Shown piece by piece: positions 1-10,459 of a stretch of DNA of 64,000 bases (position 1 is its first letter; each line of letters begins with the position of its first letter). The stretch lies in contig OZ251518.1 of NCBI GenBank assembly GCA_965242965.1, positions 4,352,001 through 4,416,000 of the forward strand, written 5' to 3'. The position numbers were made by a program, and so were the translations under genes. The notes beneath the pieces are model-generated. The model did no database searches. It was not told where the DNA came from and was given only the letters and a program-made list of their open reading frames with translations. Source of the DNA: Candidatus Poribacteria bacterium. Its GTDB lineage: Bacteria > Poribacteria > WGA-4E > WGA-3G.

Positions 1-437
1 CAACCATGAAGGTGACAGAGCAAATCGACGCGTTGGAGGTGATGGGCACCAATCCGGTAAAATATCTGGTTGTGCCGCGGTTCCTTGCATGCGCCATTAT
101 GCTGCCGACGTTGACGATATTTTCAACGTTCGCGGGCATCGGCGGCGGTTTCATCGCCGTGGTGTCCCTGTTTGATGTCAACGGCTACTTCTTCCTATTG
201 GAAGTCCAAAGGAATCTGTTCGTGGCGAGTGTCCTCGTCAGTCTCATCAAGGCGACTTCGTTCGGGATGGCGATTGCCGCTGTCGGGTGTTACAAAGGTT
301 TTAGCATATCAGCCGCGGGCGGCGCGGAGGGTGTCGGTACGGCGACGACCGGCTCTGCCGTTATCTCGCTGATAGCCATCCTGGTCCTCGATTTTGTTTT
401 GAACCACGTTCTGTTTAACATTTTGGGCTGGGTTTAA
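1..437 (+). CDS. mlaE: MlaE-family ABC permease (5' truncated by window edge)
   Basis: MKVTEQIDALEVMGTNPVKYLVVPR and GAEGVGTATTGSAV motifs; followed by mlaF and mlaD. Confidence 0.9.
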   Translation, partial: TMKVTEQIDALEVMGTNPVKYLVVPRFLACAIMLPTLTIFSTFAGIGGGFIAVVSLFDVNGYFFLLEVQRNLFVASVLVSLIKATSFGMAIAAVGCYKGFSISAAGGAEGVGTATTGSAVISLIAILVLDFVLNHVLFNILGWV

Positions 438-448
438 CATGTTAGGTT

Positions 449-681
449 GAGGGTGTTTCATAAATCGTTCAACGTCGCGGGGACAGGCCCCCGCGCTACG
501 GTGAGAAAAACGCCGCCCCTTCAAGTAGGGCGAGGGCCTGTCCCTCGCCATGCGTTTGGCTGTCGGCCGCATCACCCCTGTAGGTCAGGATCGCCTGATC
601 CTGACCCGTTCGGGATCGGGCGATCCCGAACTACAGACGTGGGCCCGATGTCTTACCGAAACGGAGTTATGAAACACCCTC
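449..681. mobile_element. MITE-like element carrying REP palindromes
   Basis: TIRs GAGGGTGTTTCATA / TATGAAACACCCTC; direct repeat ATGTTAGGTT at 439-448 and 682-691. Confidence 0.85.
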
Positions 682-695
682 ATGTTAGGTTAGTT

Positions 696-1508
696 ATGAT
701 TGTTGTTAAGGATATCTGGAAAACTTTCGGCGGCAAAAGCGTCTTAAACGGGCTGAGCCTTGAGATACCGCGCGGCGAAACCCTCGTTATCATGGGCAGA
801 AGTGGCTGCGGCAAGAGCGTCCTGCTGAAAATTATCACTGGGCTCATCGCAGCGGATGCTGGCGAGATATGGTTTGACGGCACCGAAATCTCGAAACTCA
901 AAGCAAAGAAACTGAACGCAATTCGCAGGAAAATCGGGATGCTGTTTCAGTCCGCTGCGCTGTTTGACTCAATGACTGTAGCGGAAAACATCGCTTTTAT
1001 GTTGGACCAGCACACGAAACTCACGCCGGCCGAAATGCGGAAGGTTGTCGATGAGAAACTCAGCCTCGTCGATTTGGAAGGCGTTCAGGAGTTGCGGCCG
1101 GCGGAATTGAGCGGCGGGATGCGCAAACGCGTCGGCTTGGCGCGCGCTCTCGCCTTTAACCCAGAAGTCGTCCTTTACGATGAACCGACAACCGGACTGG
1201 ACCCGGTTACGTGCAACGAAATTAATCAACTCATTCGCGACTTGCACGAGAAACTGCAAGTCACCTCTGTCGTCGTGACGCACGACATGCACAGCGCGTT
1301 CAGCGTTGCAACGCGGATGGCGATGATTCATGAAGGCAGACAGATTGCCTACGGCCGCCCGGATGAGATTCTTAACAACGATGATCCGATTTTGCAGCAG
1401 TTCGTCCTGTTTGGTGCGCCAGATCAGATTCTCAACATGGAAAATCCGGTCCTGCAAGAATTTATCGGTAGGCGTGACCTCGGCGCACACGGAGAAATCG
1501 CTTTATGA
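696..1508 (+). CDS. mlaF: MlaF-family ABC ATP-binding protein
   Basis: Walker A GRSGCGKS, LSGGM signature, YDEPTTGLDP; ATG 696 chosen because the upstream ORF extension is MITE sequence. Confidence 0.92.
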   Translation: MIVVKDIWKTFGGKSVLNGLSLEIPRGETLVIMGRSGCGKSVLLKIITGLIAADAGEIWFDGTEISKLKAKKLNAIRRKIGMLFQSAALFDSMTVAENIAFMLDQHTKLTPAEMRKVVDEKLSLVDLEGVQELRPAELSGGMRKRVGLARALAFNPEVVLYDEPTTGLDPVTCNEINQLIRDLHEKLQVTSVVVTHDMHSAFSVATRMAMIHEGRQIAYGRPDEILNNDDPILQQFVLFGAPDQILNMENPVLQEFIGRRDLGAHGEIAL

Positions 1509-3097
1509 AATTCTGGAGCCCATCTGTCAAAGTCGGCGCAATGCTTGTCATCGCCGCGATATTACTCGTCCTGCTCCTCACTAACGCAGAAAATTGGCCC
1601 TGGGCCACCTCCGGGGACGAAATGCGTTTTGAATTCAGCACCGTGAGTGGACTCTACGTCGGCGCAGGTGTCTACTTATCCGGTGTGTCGCTCGGGAAAG
1701 TGACAAGCATCAAATTACAGCCTGAAACCAATAACGTTGAAATTCGGGCGAAAGTTAAAAACGGCTTTCAGTGGCTCCGAGAAGGGTGTGGTGCCAGAAT
1801 CTCCATGAACGGGTTTGTCGGCGAGGTTTACATCGCGCTTGACAACGGCCCCATCGGGAACAGAACGTTAACGCCCGATGATTTGCCGATTATCGGGACG
1901 GACCCGGTGAACGCGCTGGAACTACTGGAGCAGACGAGCGCGGGCATGACGCAAGCCATAGAACTCACAAAAGCGGCGAACGAACTCCTGCAATCCAATC
2001 AAGAATCCATTGAACTCGGCATTAAAGAGATACGTGAACTCGTCGCGCTCTCGGCTCGAACCATCGAAAAACTCACCGTCGATTCGGAAGAGACTGTTAA
2101 CGCGCTGATGCAACTCGCGTTTGATAATGACAAACGTCTCCAGCAGACGTTCCTGAAAGCGAACCGCCTGCTCAGCCAATTGGAAGGCGATTCCCTGATG
2201 GTGAGCAGTCAAATTAGCGACATTTCACGAGAGCTGCTCAGGCTGATGAACCAGAATTCGCCAAAATTGGAGGGCATTTTAACGGACATCGCGACCAGCT
2301 CGTCGGAATTTCGGCAAATCACAAGGGAATTTCGGAACGACTTTGACACTTTGTCCAACGATATCTCCGGGCTCGTTGCGAAGGGAAGCACCGCGCTTGA
2401 AACAGGCGAGGCAAACATCACGCCGATTTTAGAGAACTTGCAGGCGACAACGGCGGCGTTCACGGCATTGGAAGAGAATATCAATCGGCTTTTGACGACA
2501 GTGCAAGAAGGCGAGGGCACCGTCGCGCAACTGCTCAACACCCCCGAACCGCTTGCGGACGCACGCCGCACGCTGAACAACCTCAACGAAACGATGACAG
2601 CGGTGCGCGCACTCTCGCAACAGACCGGAAAGCAGTTGAAAAGTTTTGAATTGCCGAAACTGGGGTGGGATTACGAACTCCGTTATTTGGGGCAAAGTTT
2701 GCAGGCAGACATCGCACCGGGGCTGCAGCGGCACCTGCATAATGAGTTCGCCTTCTCGCTTTCACCCCAACCGCACTCGCACTACCGCATCGGGTTAGGC
2801 GTTCGGAACGAGAAAATCGCTTATGAATTTCAATACGCCTATGATGTGACAGACTCCCTTCGGGCGCGCGTCGGGTTCATGCGTTCCAAAGTCGGCGCAG
2901 GACTTGAATTCTGGCTGTTATCACGGCGACTCGGCATTAACATTGAAGGCGTTGGATTGACAGGCGATGCGCCGCAATTGAATACTGAATTAGCCATTCG
3001 GCTTTTTCGGCACGGGGAATTGCTTTTCGGTGTAGAGAATTTGATAGACGAACGGCGTTGGACGAGCGGGTTTCGTTTCATTAATAGTGAGTGGTAA
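1505..3097 (+). CDS. mlaD: MlaD/MCE protein with long helical region and C-terminal beta-strand domain
   Basis: N-terminal TM helix, MCE motif GLYVGAGVYLSGVSLGKV; ATGA overlap with mlaF. Confidence 0.85.
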   Translation: MKFWSPSVKVGAMLVIAAILLVLLLTNAENWPWATSGDEMRFEFSTVSGLYVGAGVYLSGVSLGKVTSIKLQPETNNVEIRAKVKNGFQWLREGCGARISMNGFVGEVYIALDNGPIGNRTLTPDDLPIIGTDPVNALELLEQTSAGMTQAIELTKAANELLQSNQESIELGIKEIRELVALSARTIEKLTVDSEETVNALMQLAFDNDKRLQQTFLKANRLLSQLEGDSLMVSSQISDISRELLRLMNQNSPKLEGILTDIATSSSEFRQITREFRNDFDTLSNDISGLVAKGSTALETGEANITPILENLQATTAAFTALEENINRLLTTVQEGEGTVAQLLNTPEPLADARRTLNNLNETMTAVRALSQQTGKQLKSFELPKLGWDYELRYLGQSLQADIAPGLQRHLHNEFAFSLSPQPHSHYRIGLGVRNEKIAYEFQYAYDVTDSLRARVGFMRSKVGAGLEFWLLSRRLGINIEGVGLTGDAPQLNTELAIRLFRHGELLFGVENLIDERRWTSGFRFINSEW

Positions 3098-3260
3098 GCG
3101 GAGCAGGATTTGCAGGATTTCCAAGATGTGCAATATGGTTTCGTTTTATTAACAGTGAGTGGTAAGCGGCAACCGGGGGGAGCGCGCGGTAGGAGGGACA
3201 TCCCTGTCCCGATAGGGTGAAAAATTGAGACCGGGAGGGCGCGCCTACGGGGATTAATGT

Positions 3261-4781
3261 ATGCCTATACGAAAGATTTTCTTCGGAGATAATTTACATA
3301 TATTGCGAAATTTTGAAGGGGGGGTCAGTATCATCTGCACGGACCCGCCTTTTAACAGCGGCCGCGACTATAACACGTTCCTTTCTGAATCGCAATCGCA
3401 GCGGACTGCGTTTGTGGATACGTGGACATGGGACGATGCAGCGCAAGACGCGAGGCGTGAGATAGCGCGCCTCGCGCGGGAATCGGATACCTACGCCGCC
3501 CTAAACGATGCCTTATACGGCTACGATTACGTCTTGCAGAAAGCGACGAGCGGTCCGCCGAGTGCGATGCGCGCGTATCTCGCCTTCATGGGGCCACGTC
3601 TCGTGGAGTGTCATCGTGTTTTGCATCCGACAGGAAGCATGTATCTGCACTGCGATTCAACGGCATCGCACTACCTGAAAGGGTTGATGGACGCTATTTT
3701 TGGCCTGTCGAATTTCAGGAATGAGATTGTCTGGAAACGCTATAGAGGGAAACGTTCAGGGGCGAAAACAAAATTCCCTGCTGTCACGGATACGCTGTTG
3801 TTTTACGTGAAGAGTAAAGATGCAGCGTTTGCATTGCCGTTTACGCCGTTAGATCCGGATTACGTAAGAAGAGTTTACCGGCATGATGACGGTGACGGTA
3901 AAGGGCTATACAGATTCGGCGGACGTATCCGGGATAGAAAATACTATCTCGCTAATAGCCGCGGTGTGCCAACTACGAATCTGTGGGACGATGTTCCGGA
4001 ACTCAATGGGACGAATCCCGAACGCCTCGGTTACCCGACACAGAAGCCTCGCGCATTATACGAACGAATTATTGAGGCATCGTCAAAACCGGGGGATATC
4101 GTGCTGGATCCGTTTTGTGGCTGCGGGACGACGATTGATGCGGCGGAGACGTTGAATCGGCAATGGATAGGGATTGACATCACGCTTCTCGCGTTGGATC
4201 CGATGCAGAAACGGCTGCGCGAGCGGCATGGACTTGAACCGTCCGTTGATTATGACATCGCGGGCTATCCGACGAATATGCAGGAAGTGACGCTGCTAGT
4301 GCGCGATCAGAAGAAATATCACGACTTCGCCAATTGGGCAGTGACGCGCATCGGGCTTGAACCGACAGCCAATAGCGGCGATGGCGGGTTTGATGGCACC
4401 GGCACCGTGAAGGTATGGAATCCACGGAACCAGAAATCGCGAAATACGCGCGTTATCGCCGAGGTGAAAACAGGGAAACCGAATGTGTCAATGCTGCGGG
4501 CATTCTGCCATACTATCCGTGAAAGGAAGGCGCAAATCGGCATCTTCATCACATTGGAACCGGTCAGCGGTGGCATGAAGGCGATGCAAGAGGATATGGG
4601 AACGTTTCAACATAACGGCGTATCTTATCCGCGCCTCCAATTCTGGCAGATTGACGAAGGTTACTTTGCCAATCCAGAGTCGCTGAACGAGACGATACGG
4701 TTACCGTGGCGCATTGAATCGCGGTTCAAATCGGAACGGCATTTTAAAGATGAGCAGACGGAGTTTATGTTGAGAGGTTGA
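3261..4781 (+). CDS. N6/N4 DNA methyltransferase fused to C-terminal Mrr-like endonuclease domain
   Basis: DPPF, YPTQKP and DPFCGCGT motifs; C-terminal DGGFDG...IAEVK PD-(D/E)XK-like motif. Confidence 0.85.
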   Translation: MPIRKIFFGDNLHILRNFEGGVSIICTDPPFNSGRDYNTFLSESQSQRTAFVDTWTWDDAAQDARREIARLARESDTYAALNDALYGYDYVLQKATSGPPSAMRAYLAFMGPRLVECHRVLHPTGSMYLHCDSTASHYLKGLMDAIFGLSNFRNEIVWKRYRGKRSGAKTKFPAVTDTLLFYVKSKDAAFALPFTPLDPDYVRRVYRHDDGDGKGLYRFGGRIRDRKYYLANSRGVPTTNLWDDVPELNGTNPERLGYPTQKPRALYERIIEASSKPGDIVLDPFCGCGTTIDAAETLNRQWIGIDITLLALDPMQKRLRERHGLEPSVDYDIAGYPTNMQEVTLLVRDQKKYHDFANWAVTRIGLEPTANSGDGGFDGTGTVKVWNPRNQKSRNTRVIAEVKTGKPNVSMLRAFCHTIRERKAQIGIFITLEPVSGGMKAMQEDMGTFQHNGVSYPRLQFWQIDEGYFANPESLNETIRLPWRIESRFKSERHFKDEQTEFMLRG

Positions 4782-4783
4782 TT

Positions 4784-5247
4784 GAGGGTGTTTCATAAAT
4801 CGCTCAACGTCGCGCTGACAGGCCCCGCGCTACGGTGAAAAAACGGTTCCTTCACCGTAGGGCGGTGGGAAAACCTGTCCCTCGCCATGCATTTGGCTGG
4901 CAGAATGCATCACCTCTGTAGGTCAGGATCGCCTGATCCTGACCCGTTTGTGATCAGGCGATCACAAACTACAGAAGGGGAAACACACATCGCGACGATG
5001 GTGCTCGCGGGGGACAGGCAACCGCACTACGAAAAAAAAAAACGGTTCTTAGGTCCGTAGGACCTTAATGTCTATAGCCCGCGCGATCGCGAAGAACCCT
5101 AAGGTCCTTTAGGTCCTTAATAGTCTTTGCCAGGGCCGCGTGTTTTTATTAAGGACCTAAAGGACCTTGAAAACGGGACGACACGGGCTGCTATAGACAT
5201 GTAGGACCTAAAGGACCTAAAACGCCATCGAAATATGAAACACCCTC
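4784..5247. mobile_element. MITE-like element carrying REP palindromes
   Basis: Same TIRs; flanks AGGTTGATT (4775-4783) / AGGTTAATT (5248-5256), one mismatch. Confidence 0.8.
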
Positions 5248-5388
5248 AGGTTAATTAACACCGGGCGTAGCAAGCGGTAGGCGGGACATCCCTGTCCCGA
5301 TAACACACGCATCGAGACCGGGAGGTCTCGCCTACAGGGATGCATCGAGACCAGAGGTCTCGCCTACAGGCGCGCGAAATGGAGAAAT

Positions 5389-6753
5389 ATGGCACGAGAA
5401 AAACGGAGATTTGTCTGTCAAGAATGCGGTTACGCAACACCGAGAGAGTTGGGACGTTGCCCAGGGTGCAAAAGTTGGCAAAGTTTCGCCGAAGAGGTAG
5501 AAGTTCCCGCATCCTCCTCAATGTCTCATCGCGGTATCGGGCAAACCACCAGTCGGCCGGAGCCTATCTCGCAGGTGACAGCGAGTGACGTGGAAAGGCA
5601 TCTCACCGGCATGGCAGAGTTCGACCGGGTGCTTGGCGGCGGCATTGTCCCTGGCTCCGTCATCCTTATCGGCGGCGACCCGGGCATCGGAAAATCGACG
5701 CTGTTGCTCCAAGCCAGTGATGCGCTCAGTCGGAATTACGGCGATGTGCTTTACGTTTCCGGTGAAGAATCGGTGAGCCAGACGAAACTCCGCGCAACGC
5801 GGCTCGGTGTATCTTCGGATACCCTCTACGTGCTTTGCGAAAATAATTTGGACCAGGTCGAAAAGCATATTAAGACATTCGGTCCGAAAGTTGTCATCAT
5901 TGATTCAATTCAGACGGTGTATTTGCCGAGTATCCAATCCGCGCCGGGAAGCGTCACCCAGATTCGTGAATGCACGGGGACGCTCCTTGCCACGGCGAAG
6001 AGCCAGAATCTACCTATTTTCCTCGTCGGGCATGTGACGAAGGAGGGGGCACTCGCCGGTCCTCGCGTTTTAGAACACATGGTAGACACGGTGCTTTACT
6101 TTGAGGGTGAACGGCACCACATCTATCGCGTGTTGCGTGCGAATAAAAATCGGTTTGGTTCAACGAACGAAATCGGCATCTTTGAAATGCAGAGCAAAGG
6201 TCTTGTGGACGTGTCGAATCCTTCCGAGCTCTTTCTCAGCAATCGGGAGGAGGAGGTATCGGGTTCTGTTGTCGTCTCCAGCATGGAAGGCACTCGGCCA
6301 TTGTTGATGGAAGTCCAGGCACTCGTCGTGCCGACGAACTATAGTAACCCGCGCAACACGGCAACCGGTGTTGACAGACACCGCATCGCGCTGCTCATCG
6401 CCGTGCTGAATAAACGGGTAGGCATCGACGTTGGCGACTCCGATGTCTTCGTTAACATTACCGGCGGCTTGCGCGTCGATGAACCTGGCATCGACCTCGG
6501 CGTGCTGATGGCCATCACTTCAAATCATCGGGATATTCCTGTGGACAAGCGCACCGTTGTCATCGGAGAAGTGGGGCTCGGCGGCGAGATTCGGCCGGTG
6601 ACGCATGTCGAAAGACGGCTCAGGGAGGCGGCAAAACTTGGTTTCAAACGGGCGATTTTTCCTGAATATAACCGAAAGGGATTGGAAATAGAGGAAGGAA
6701 TTGAGCTCGTCGGGGTGGGTGATGTCTATGATAGCCTGAGTGCGATTTTGTAG
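5389..6753 (+). CDS. radA: DNA repair protein RadA/Sms
   Basis: C4 zinc finger, GGDPGIGKST, KNRFG motif. Confidence 0.97.
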   Translation: MAREKRRFVCQECGYATPRELGRCPGCKSWQSFAEEVEVPASSSMSHRGIGQTTSRPEPISQVTASDVERHLTGMAEFDRVLGGGIVPGSVILIGGDPGIGKSTLLLQASDALSRNYGDVLYVSGEESVSQTKLRATRLGVSSDTLYVLCENNLDQVEKHIKTFGPKVVIIDSIQTVYLPSIQSAPGSVTQIRECTGTLLATAKSQNLPIFLVGHVTKEGALAGPRVLEHMVDTVLYFEGERHHIYRVLRANKNRFGSTNEIGIFEMQSKGLVDVSNPSELFLSNREEEVSGSVVVSSMEGTRPLLMEVQALVVPTNYSNPRNTATGVDRHRIALLIAVLNKRVGIDVGDSDVFVNITGGLRVDEPGIDLGVLMAITSNHRDIPVDKRTVVIGEVGLGGEIRPVTHVERRLREAAKLGFKRAIFPEYNRKGLEIEEGIELVGVGDVYDSLSAIL

Positions 6754-6951
6754 GAGAAACGCATCGAGACCAGGAGGGCTCGCCTACCGGGCGGAGCGCG
6801 CCGTAGGAGGGACATCCCTGTCCCGATAGGGTGAAAAATCGAGACCAGGAGGGCTCGCCTACCGCTGCCCAGAACGTAGCGCGGGGGCCTGTCCCCCGCG
6901 ATCGTTGCTCGCCTACCGGAAGAAGAGGGAAAACGGATGCGATGGACGCAG

Positions 6952-7656
6952 ATGAACAGCAAAATATGCACCCTTATTCCGGCCGCAGGCGAGGGGAGCC
7001 GACTCAAAAGTGCCGTTAAAAAGCCGTATTTAGCATTGGCACAGAAACCAATCTTAACGTATACGGTTCAGCGATTTGAGCAAAATACGGCAGTAGACGC
7101 AATTTTTGTGATTGTCAACGAAACAGATTTTGAACTCTGCCGCGCGACTGTTCTCGCACCTTACGCGTTTCAGAAGGTGCAATCGCTTGTCGCCGGTGGT
7201 GCAACGCGGCAGCAGTCTGTCCACAACGGCATCCGTGCCCTCCCGGCGGATGCGGATTTTGTGATTGTCCACGATGGCGTGCGTCCGTTTGTAACCGATG
7301 AAACGATTTTCGCGTGCCTTGACGCGGCGGCAGAATGGGGTGCAGCGGTGGCAGCCGTGCCTGTCAAGGAGACGATTAAAATCGCGAACGCGGAAGACTT
7401 CATTGTTGAGACACCGCCTCGCGAATGTCTCTGGACGGTGCAAACGCCGCAAGTCTTTCGGAAATCACTGCTGGAGGAAGCGCATCAAATCGCAGCAGCG
7501 CAGCAACTCACAGCAACCGATGATGCCGCCCTCGTTGAACAACTGGGGTATCCCGTTAAGTTGGTGAACGGTAGTTACGCGAACGTGAAGATTACGACAC
7601 CGGAAGATCTGCGTATTGCGAACGTTCTTCTAGAGGAACCTGGCCAAAGTTTGTAA
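6952..7656 (+). CDS. ispD: 2-C-methyl-D-erythritol 4-phosphate cytidylyltransferase
   Basis: PAAGEGSR, GGATRQQSV, VHDGVRP, QTPQ; start could be 6937. Confidence 0.95.
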   Translation: MNSKICTLIPAAGEGSRLKSAVKKPYLALAQKPILTYTVQRFEQNTAVDAIFVIVNETDFELCRATVLAPYAFQKVQSLVAGGATRQQSVHNGIRALPADADFVIVHDGVRPFVTDETIFACLDAAAEWGAAVAAVPVKETIKIANAEDFIVETPPRECLWTVQTPQVFRKSLLEEAHQIAAAQQLTATDDAALVEQLGYPVKLVNGSYANVKITTPEDLRIANVLLEEPGQSL

Positions 7657-7839
7657 GAAAAGACTAACGTCTTTTCGGCCTGAAAAGACAGCCTCGCTTC
7701 ACCAAACGAACGTGAACAACCGCTAGGAACAACAAAAGCATCTGGCCAAAGTTTGTAAGAAAAGACAACGTCTTTTCGGCCTGAGAAGACAGCCGCGCTT
7801 CACCAAACGAACGTGAATAACCGCTAGGAATAACAAAAA
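7640..7839. repeat. ~102-bp tandem duplication at the ispD 3' end
   Basis: CTGGCCAAAGTTTGTAAGAAAAGAC...CCGCTAGGAA starts at 7640 and again at 7742. Confidence 0.9.
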
Positions 7840-7840
7840 A

Positions 7841-8326
7841 ATGCGAGTCGGTATTGGTTACGATGTCCATCGGTTAGTCGCCGACCGGAAATTGATTTTG
7901 GGCGGCGTTGAAATCCCATATCATCTGGGGCTATTAGGACATTCGGATGCAGATGTCTTGACACACGCAATTATTGATGCTATACTGGGTGCAGCCGCTT
8001 TAGGTGACATCGGGACGCACTTTCCGGATACGGATGCGCGTTATGCAGGCATGGACAGCCTCGTTTTCCTCCGAGATATCGCCGCCAAGATTCGGCAATC
8101 AGGATACGAGATTGGCAATGTGGACAGCACCGTTATCGCGCAGCGGCCGAAACTAGCACCTTACATGCCACAGATGCGCGCAACGCTCGCCGAAACGCTC
8201 GGCATCGCCGTAGAACAGATAGGCATCAAAGCGACAACTTCCGAGGGACTGGGCATCGTTGGGGAAGAGAAGGCGATTGTCGCGCAAGCCGTCGCGTGCC
8301 TGAGTAACAAAGGAGGGCAAACCTAA
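7841..8326 (+). CDS. ispF: 2-C-methyl-D-erythritol 2,4-cyclodiphosphate synthase
   Basis: [24 protein letters not shown]. Confidence 0.97.
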   Translation: MRVGIGYDVHRLVADRKLILGGVEIPYHLGLLGHSDADVLTHAIIDAILGAAALGDIGTHFPDTDARYAGMDSLVFLRDIAAKIRQSGYEIGNVDSTVIAQRPKLAPYMPQMRATLAETLGIAVEQIGIKATTSEGLGIVGEEKAIVAQAVACLSNKGGQT

Positions 8327-8331
8327 GAAAA

Positions 8332-9768
8332 ATGGGACTTCAGATTTACAACTCGATGAGCCGACAACTGGAAGACTTTGAGCCCCTCAACGCAGACCGG
8401 GTGACGATTTACAACTGCGGCCCCACGGTCTACGATTACATCCACATGGGCAATGCCCGCACGGCGTTGGTGACAGATATTATCCGAAGGTATCTGACGC
8501 ATAAAGGCTATAACGTCAAACTCGCGCAGAATTTAACCGATATTGACGATAAGATTATCGCGCGCGCGGCGGAACTCGGCATCAGCGAGAAGCAACTCGC
8601 AGAGCATCGCGGCGACGCGTTTCTTGAGGATTCGCAGCGGCTCGGCATCCAGCCCGCAGACGTGCATCCGAAAGCCACCGAACACATTCCGGAGATGTTA
8701 ACCCTCATCAAGACGCTCATTGACAAAGGTGCCGCTTATGTCATTGATGGAAGCGTTTACTATCGGGTGAACGCCTTTCCTGAATACGGCAAGTTGTCGC
8801 ATCGGAAACCGGAAGATTTGCTCGCCGGCGCGCGCGTCGAAATCGATGAACGTAAGGAAGACCCGAGGGACTTTGACCTTTGGAAAGCCGCTAAACCCGG
8901 TGAACCAACGTGGGATAGCCCCTGGGGCAAAGGCAGACCGGGGTGGCATATTGAATGTTCCGCCATGGCGATGAAGCACCTCGGCGAAACGTTGGACATG
9001 CACATTGCTGGCGAAGACCTGCTGTTTCCACACAACGAGAACGAAATCGCGCAGAGTGAACTCGCAACGGGAAAGCTGTTTGCCCGTTATTGGGTGCATG
9101 TCGCCTTCCTGAAAATCGATGGGCGGCGGATGGGTAAATCTGAACACAACTTTATCCTCCTCCGAGACGCGCTGGATAATTATCCTACCGAGGTAATCCG
9201 CCACTTTCTCATCTCGGCGCAATACCGCCACCCGCTGGACTACAACCCGGAAAGTCTCGCCAAATCGGAAGGCGCGCTCCGTAGATTGAACAACTGCCTT
9301 GAGGCGTTGGCGGTTTATGAAACAAGTACTGAGGCGAATGTGGAAGACGAAGCAGAAACCTCCCTCCGCGATGCAACGCTGCAAATGAAAGCGGACTTTG
9401 AGGCGGCGATGGATGCCGATTTCAATACCGCGCGTGCCCTCGGCGCGATTTTCACACTCATCGGCGTGGTGAACCGTTTTATCCAGAAAACGGAGACAGA
9501 TGCCGCCGCCGCTGTCCTCGCAGACGCGCGTGAGGCACTTATTGAGACATGCGGTGTCCTCGGTATCTATAACGCGCAAGCCGACGATGTTCAAGACGAC
9601 AGCGGTGAACTTCTCAATCACCTCGTCACGCTGCTGCTTGATATTCGTCAAGACGCTCGTCAGCGCAAGGATTGGGAGACATCGGACAAAATTCGCGACC
9701 GGATGAAAGAACTGAACATTGAGATACAGGATACGCGGCAGGGCGCGACCTGGAAATTTATCTCATAA
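8332..9768 (+). CDS. cysS: Cysteine--tRNA ligase
   Basis: CGPTVY, HMGN (HIGH), GRPGWHIECSAM, RMGKS (KMSKS). Confidence 0.97.
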   Translation: MGLQIYNSMSRQLEDFEPLNADRVTIYNCGPTVYDYIHMGNARTALVTDIIRRYLTHKGYNVKLAQNLTDIDDKIIARAAELGISEKQLAEHRGDAFLEDSQRLGIQPADVHPKATEHIPEMLTLIKTLIDKGAAYVIDGSVYYRVNAFPEYGKLSHRKPEDLLAGARVEIDERKEDPRDFDLWKAAKPGEPTWDSPWGKGRPGWHIECSAMAMKHLGETLDMHIAGEDLLFPHNENEIAQSELATGKLFARYWVHVAFLKIDGRRMGKSEHNFILLRDALDNYPTEVIRHFLISAQYRHPLDYNPESLAKSEGALRRLNNCLEALAVYETSTEANVEDEAETSLRDATLQMKADFEAAMDADFNTARALGAIFTLIGVVNRFIQKTETDAAAAVLADAREALIETCGVLGIYNAQADDVQDDSGELLNHLVTLLLDIRQDARQRKDWETSDKIRDRMKELNIEIQDTRQGATWKFIS

Positions 9769-9817
9769 CCCGTAAGCGCGCTTCGGACGCGCACAACTTT
9801 CTATAGGAGAAAACAGA

Positions 9818-10459
9818 ATGATTTATCGATTCATGGGATTTTTCCTTCTGCTTACCTGTTTTTCAGTGGTGCTGACAGGCTGCAGCGCGCTATTTTCGGA
9901 ACAGGAGTGGAGCGAAAACTACGCGCTCGGAGAAGGCGTGCGCGCATCGAGCCCACAGATGATTGACGGCAAATTGAATACCATCGGCGAAACAATGTTC
10001 CCCGAAGGCGCGTCTGGGTTCGCCGGCGCGAACCCCGCATCCGAAGTGGTGATTATGCTGCCCGAAAAAAAGACTATCCGCCGAATCGTCGTCCATTCCG
10101 ATAATCTAACGGAGTTCGACATCCACGCCGATAAAGGGAGCATCGCCGTTGAAACGGACTGGCAGATGATCAAAGAGATAAAGAGTGTCAAAAGCAGTCC
10201 GATTCAGATTTCGTTGTTGATTCCGTTTCCTACCGACAAGATTCGGCTTCGCGTTCTAGGCACGAAAGACGACGCGCTCTTGAATCGGCAGCAACGCGCG
10301 CGTTCTGGGGGACGCGGCTGGTTTACCGGTAATCGTCGCGCCGTCGGGAAAATCCGCGAGATCGAACTCTACGGCTATAAGTCCGCCGAACAGGTAGCGG
10401 AAAAGGCAGCCACCGATAAGCGCGAAAAAGAACTTGACGATTTGCTGCAATTAGAGTAA
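9818..10459 (+). CDS. Lipoprotein, probable discoidin/galactose-binding-like fold
   Basis: Lipobox LTGC; KIRLRV...IREIELYG ending; AGGAG RBS. Confidence 0.6.
   Translation: MIYRFMGFFLLLTCFSVVLTGCSALFSEQEWSENYALGEGVRASSPQMIDGKLNTIGETMFPEGASGFAGANPASEVVIMLPEKKTIRRIVVHSDNLTEFDIHADKGSIAVETDWQMIKEIKSVKSSPIQISLLIPFPTDKIRLRVLGTKDDALLNRQQRARSGGRGWFTGNRRAVGKIREIELYGYKSAEQVAEKAATDKREKELDDLLQLE

Noticed and set aside
447-695. Long N-terminal ORF extensions (also from 18224, 25305, 35981 and 48629) and many short ORFs containing RGTGPR/ARGPVPR/GDRPP
   Set aside because: These are translations of intergenic REP/MITE sequence; better starts, mostly with an RBS, lie downstream.
8698-9651. Long antisense ORFs (also 27300-28322, 31151-32050 and 45487-46266)
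   Set aside because: They lie opposite well-supported genes and are typical GC-rich shadow frames.
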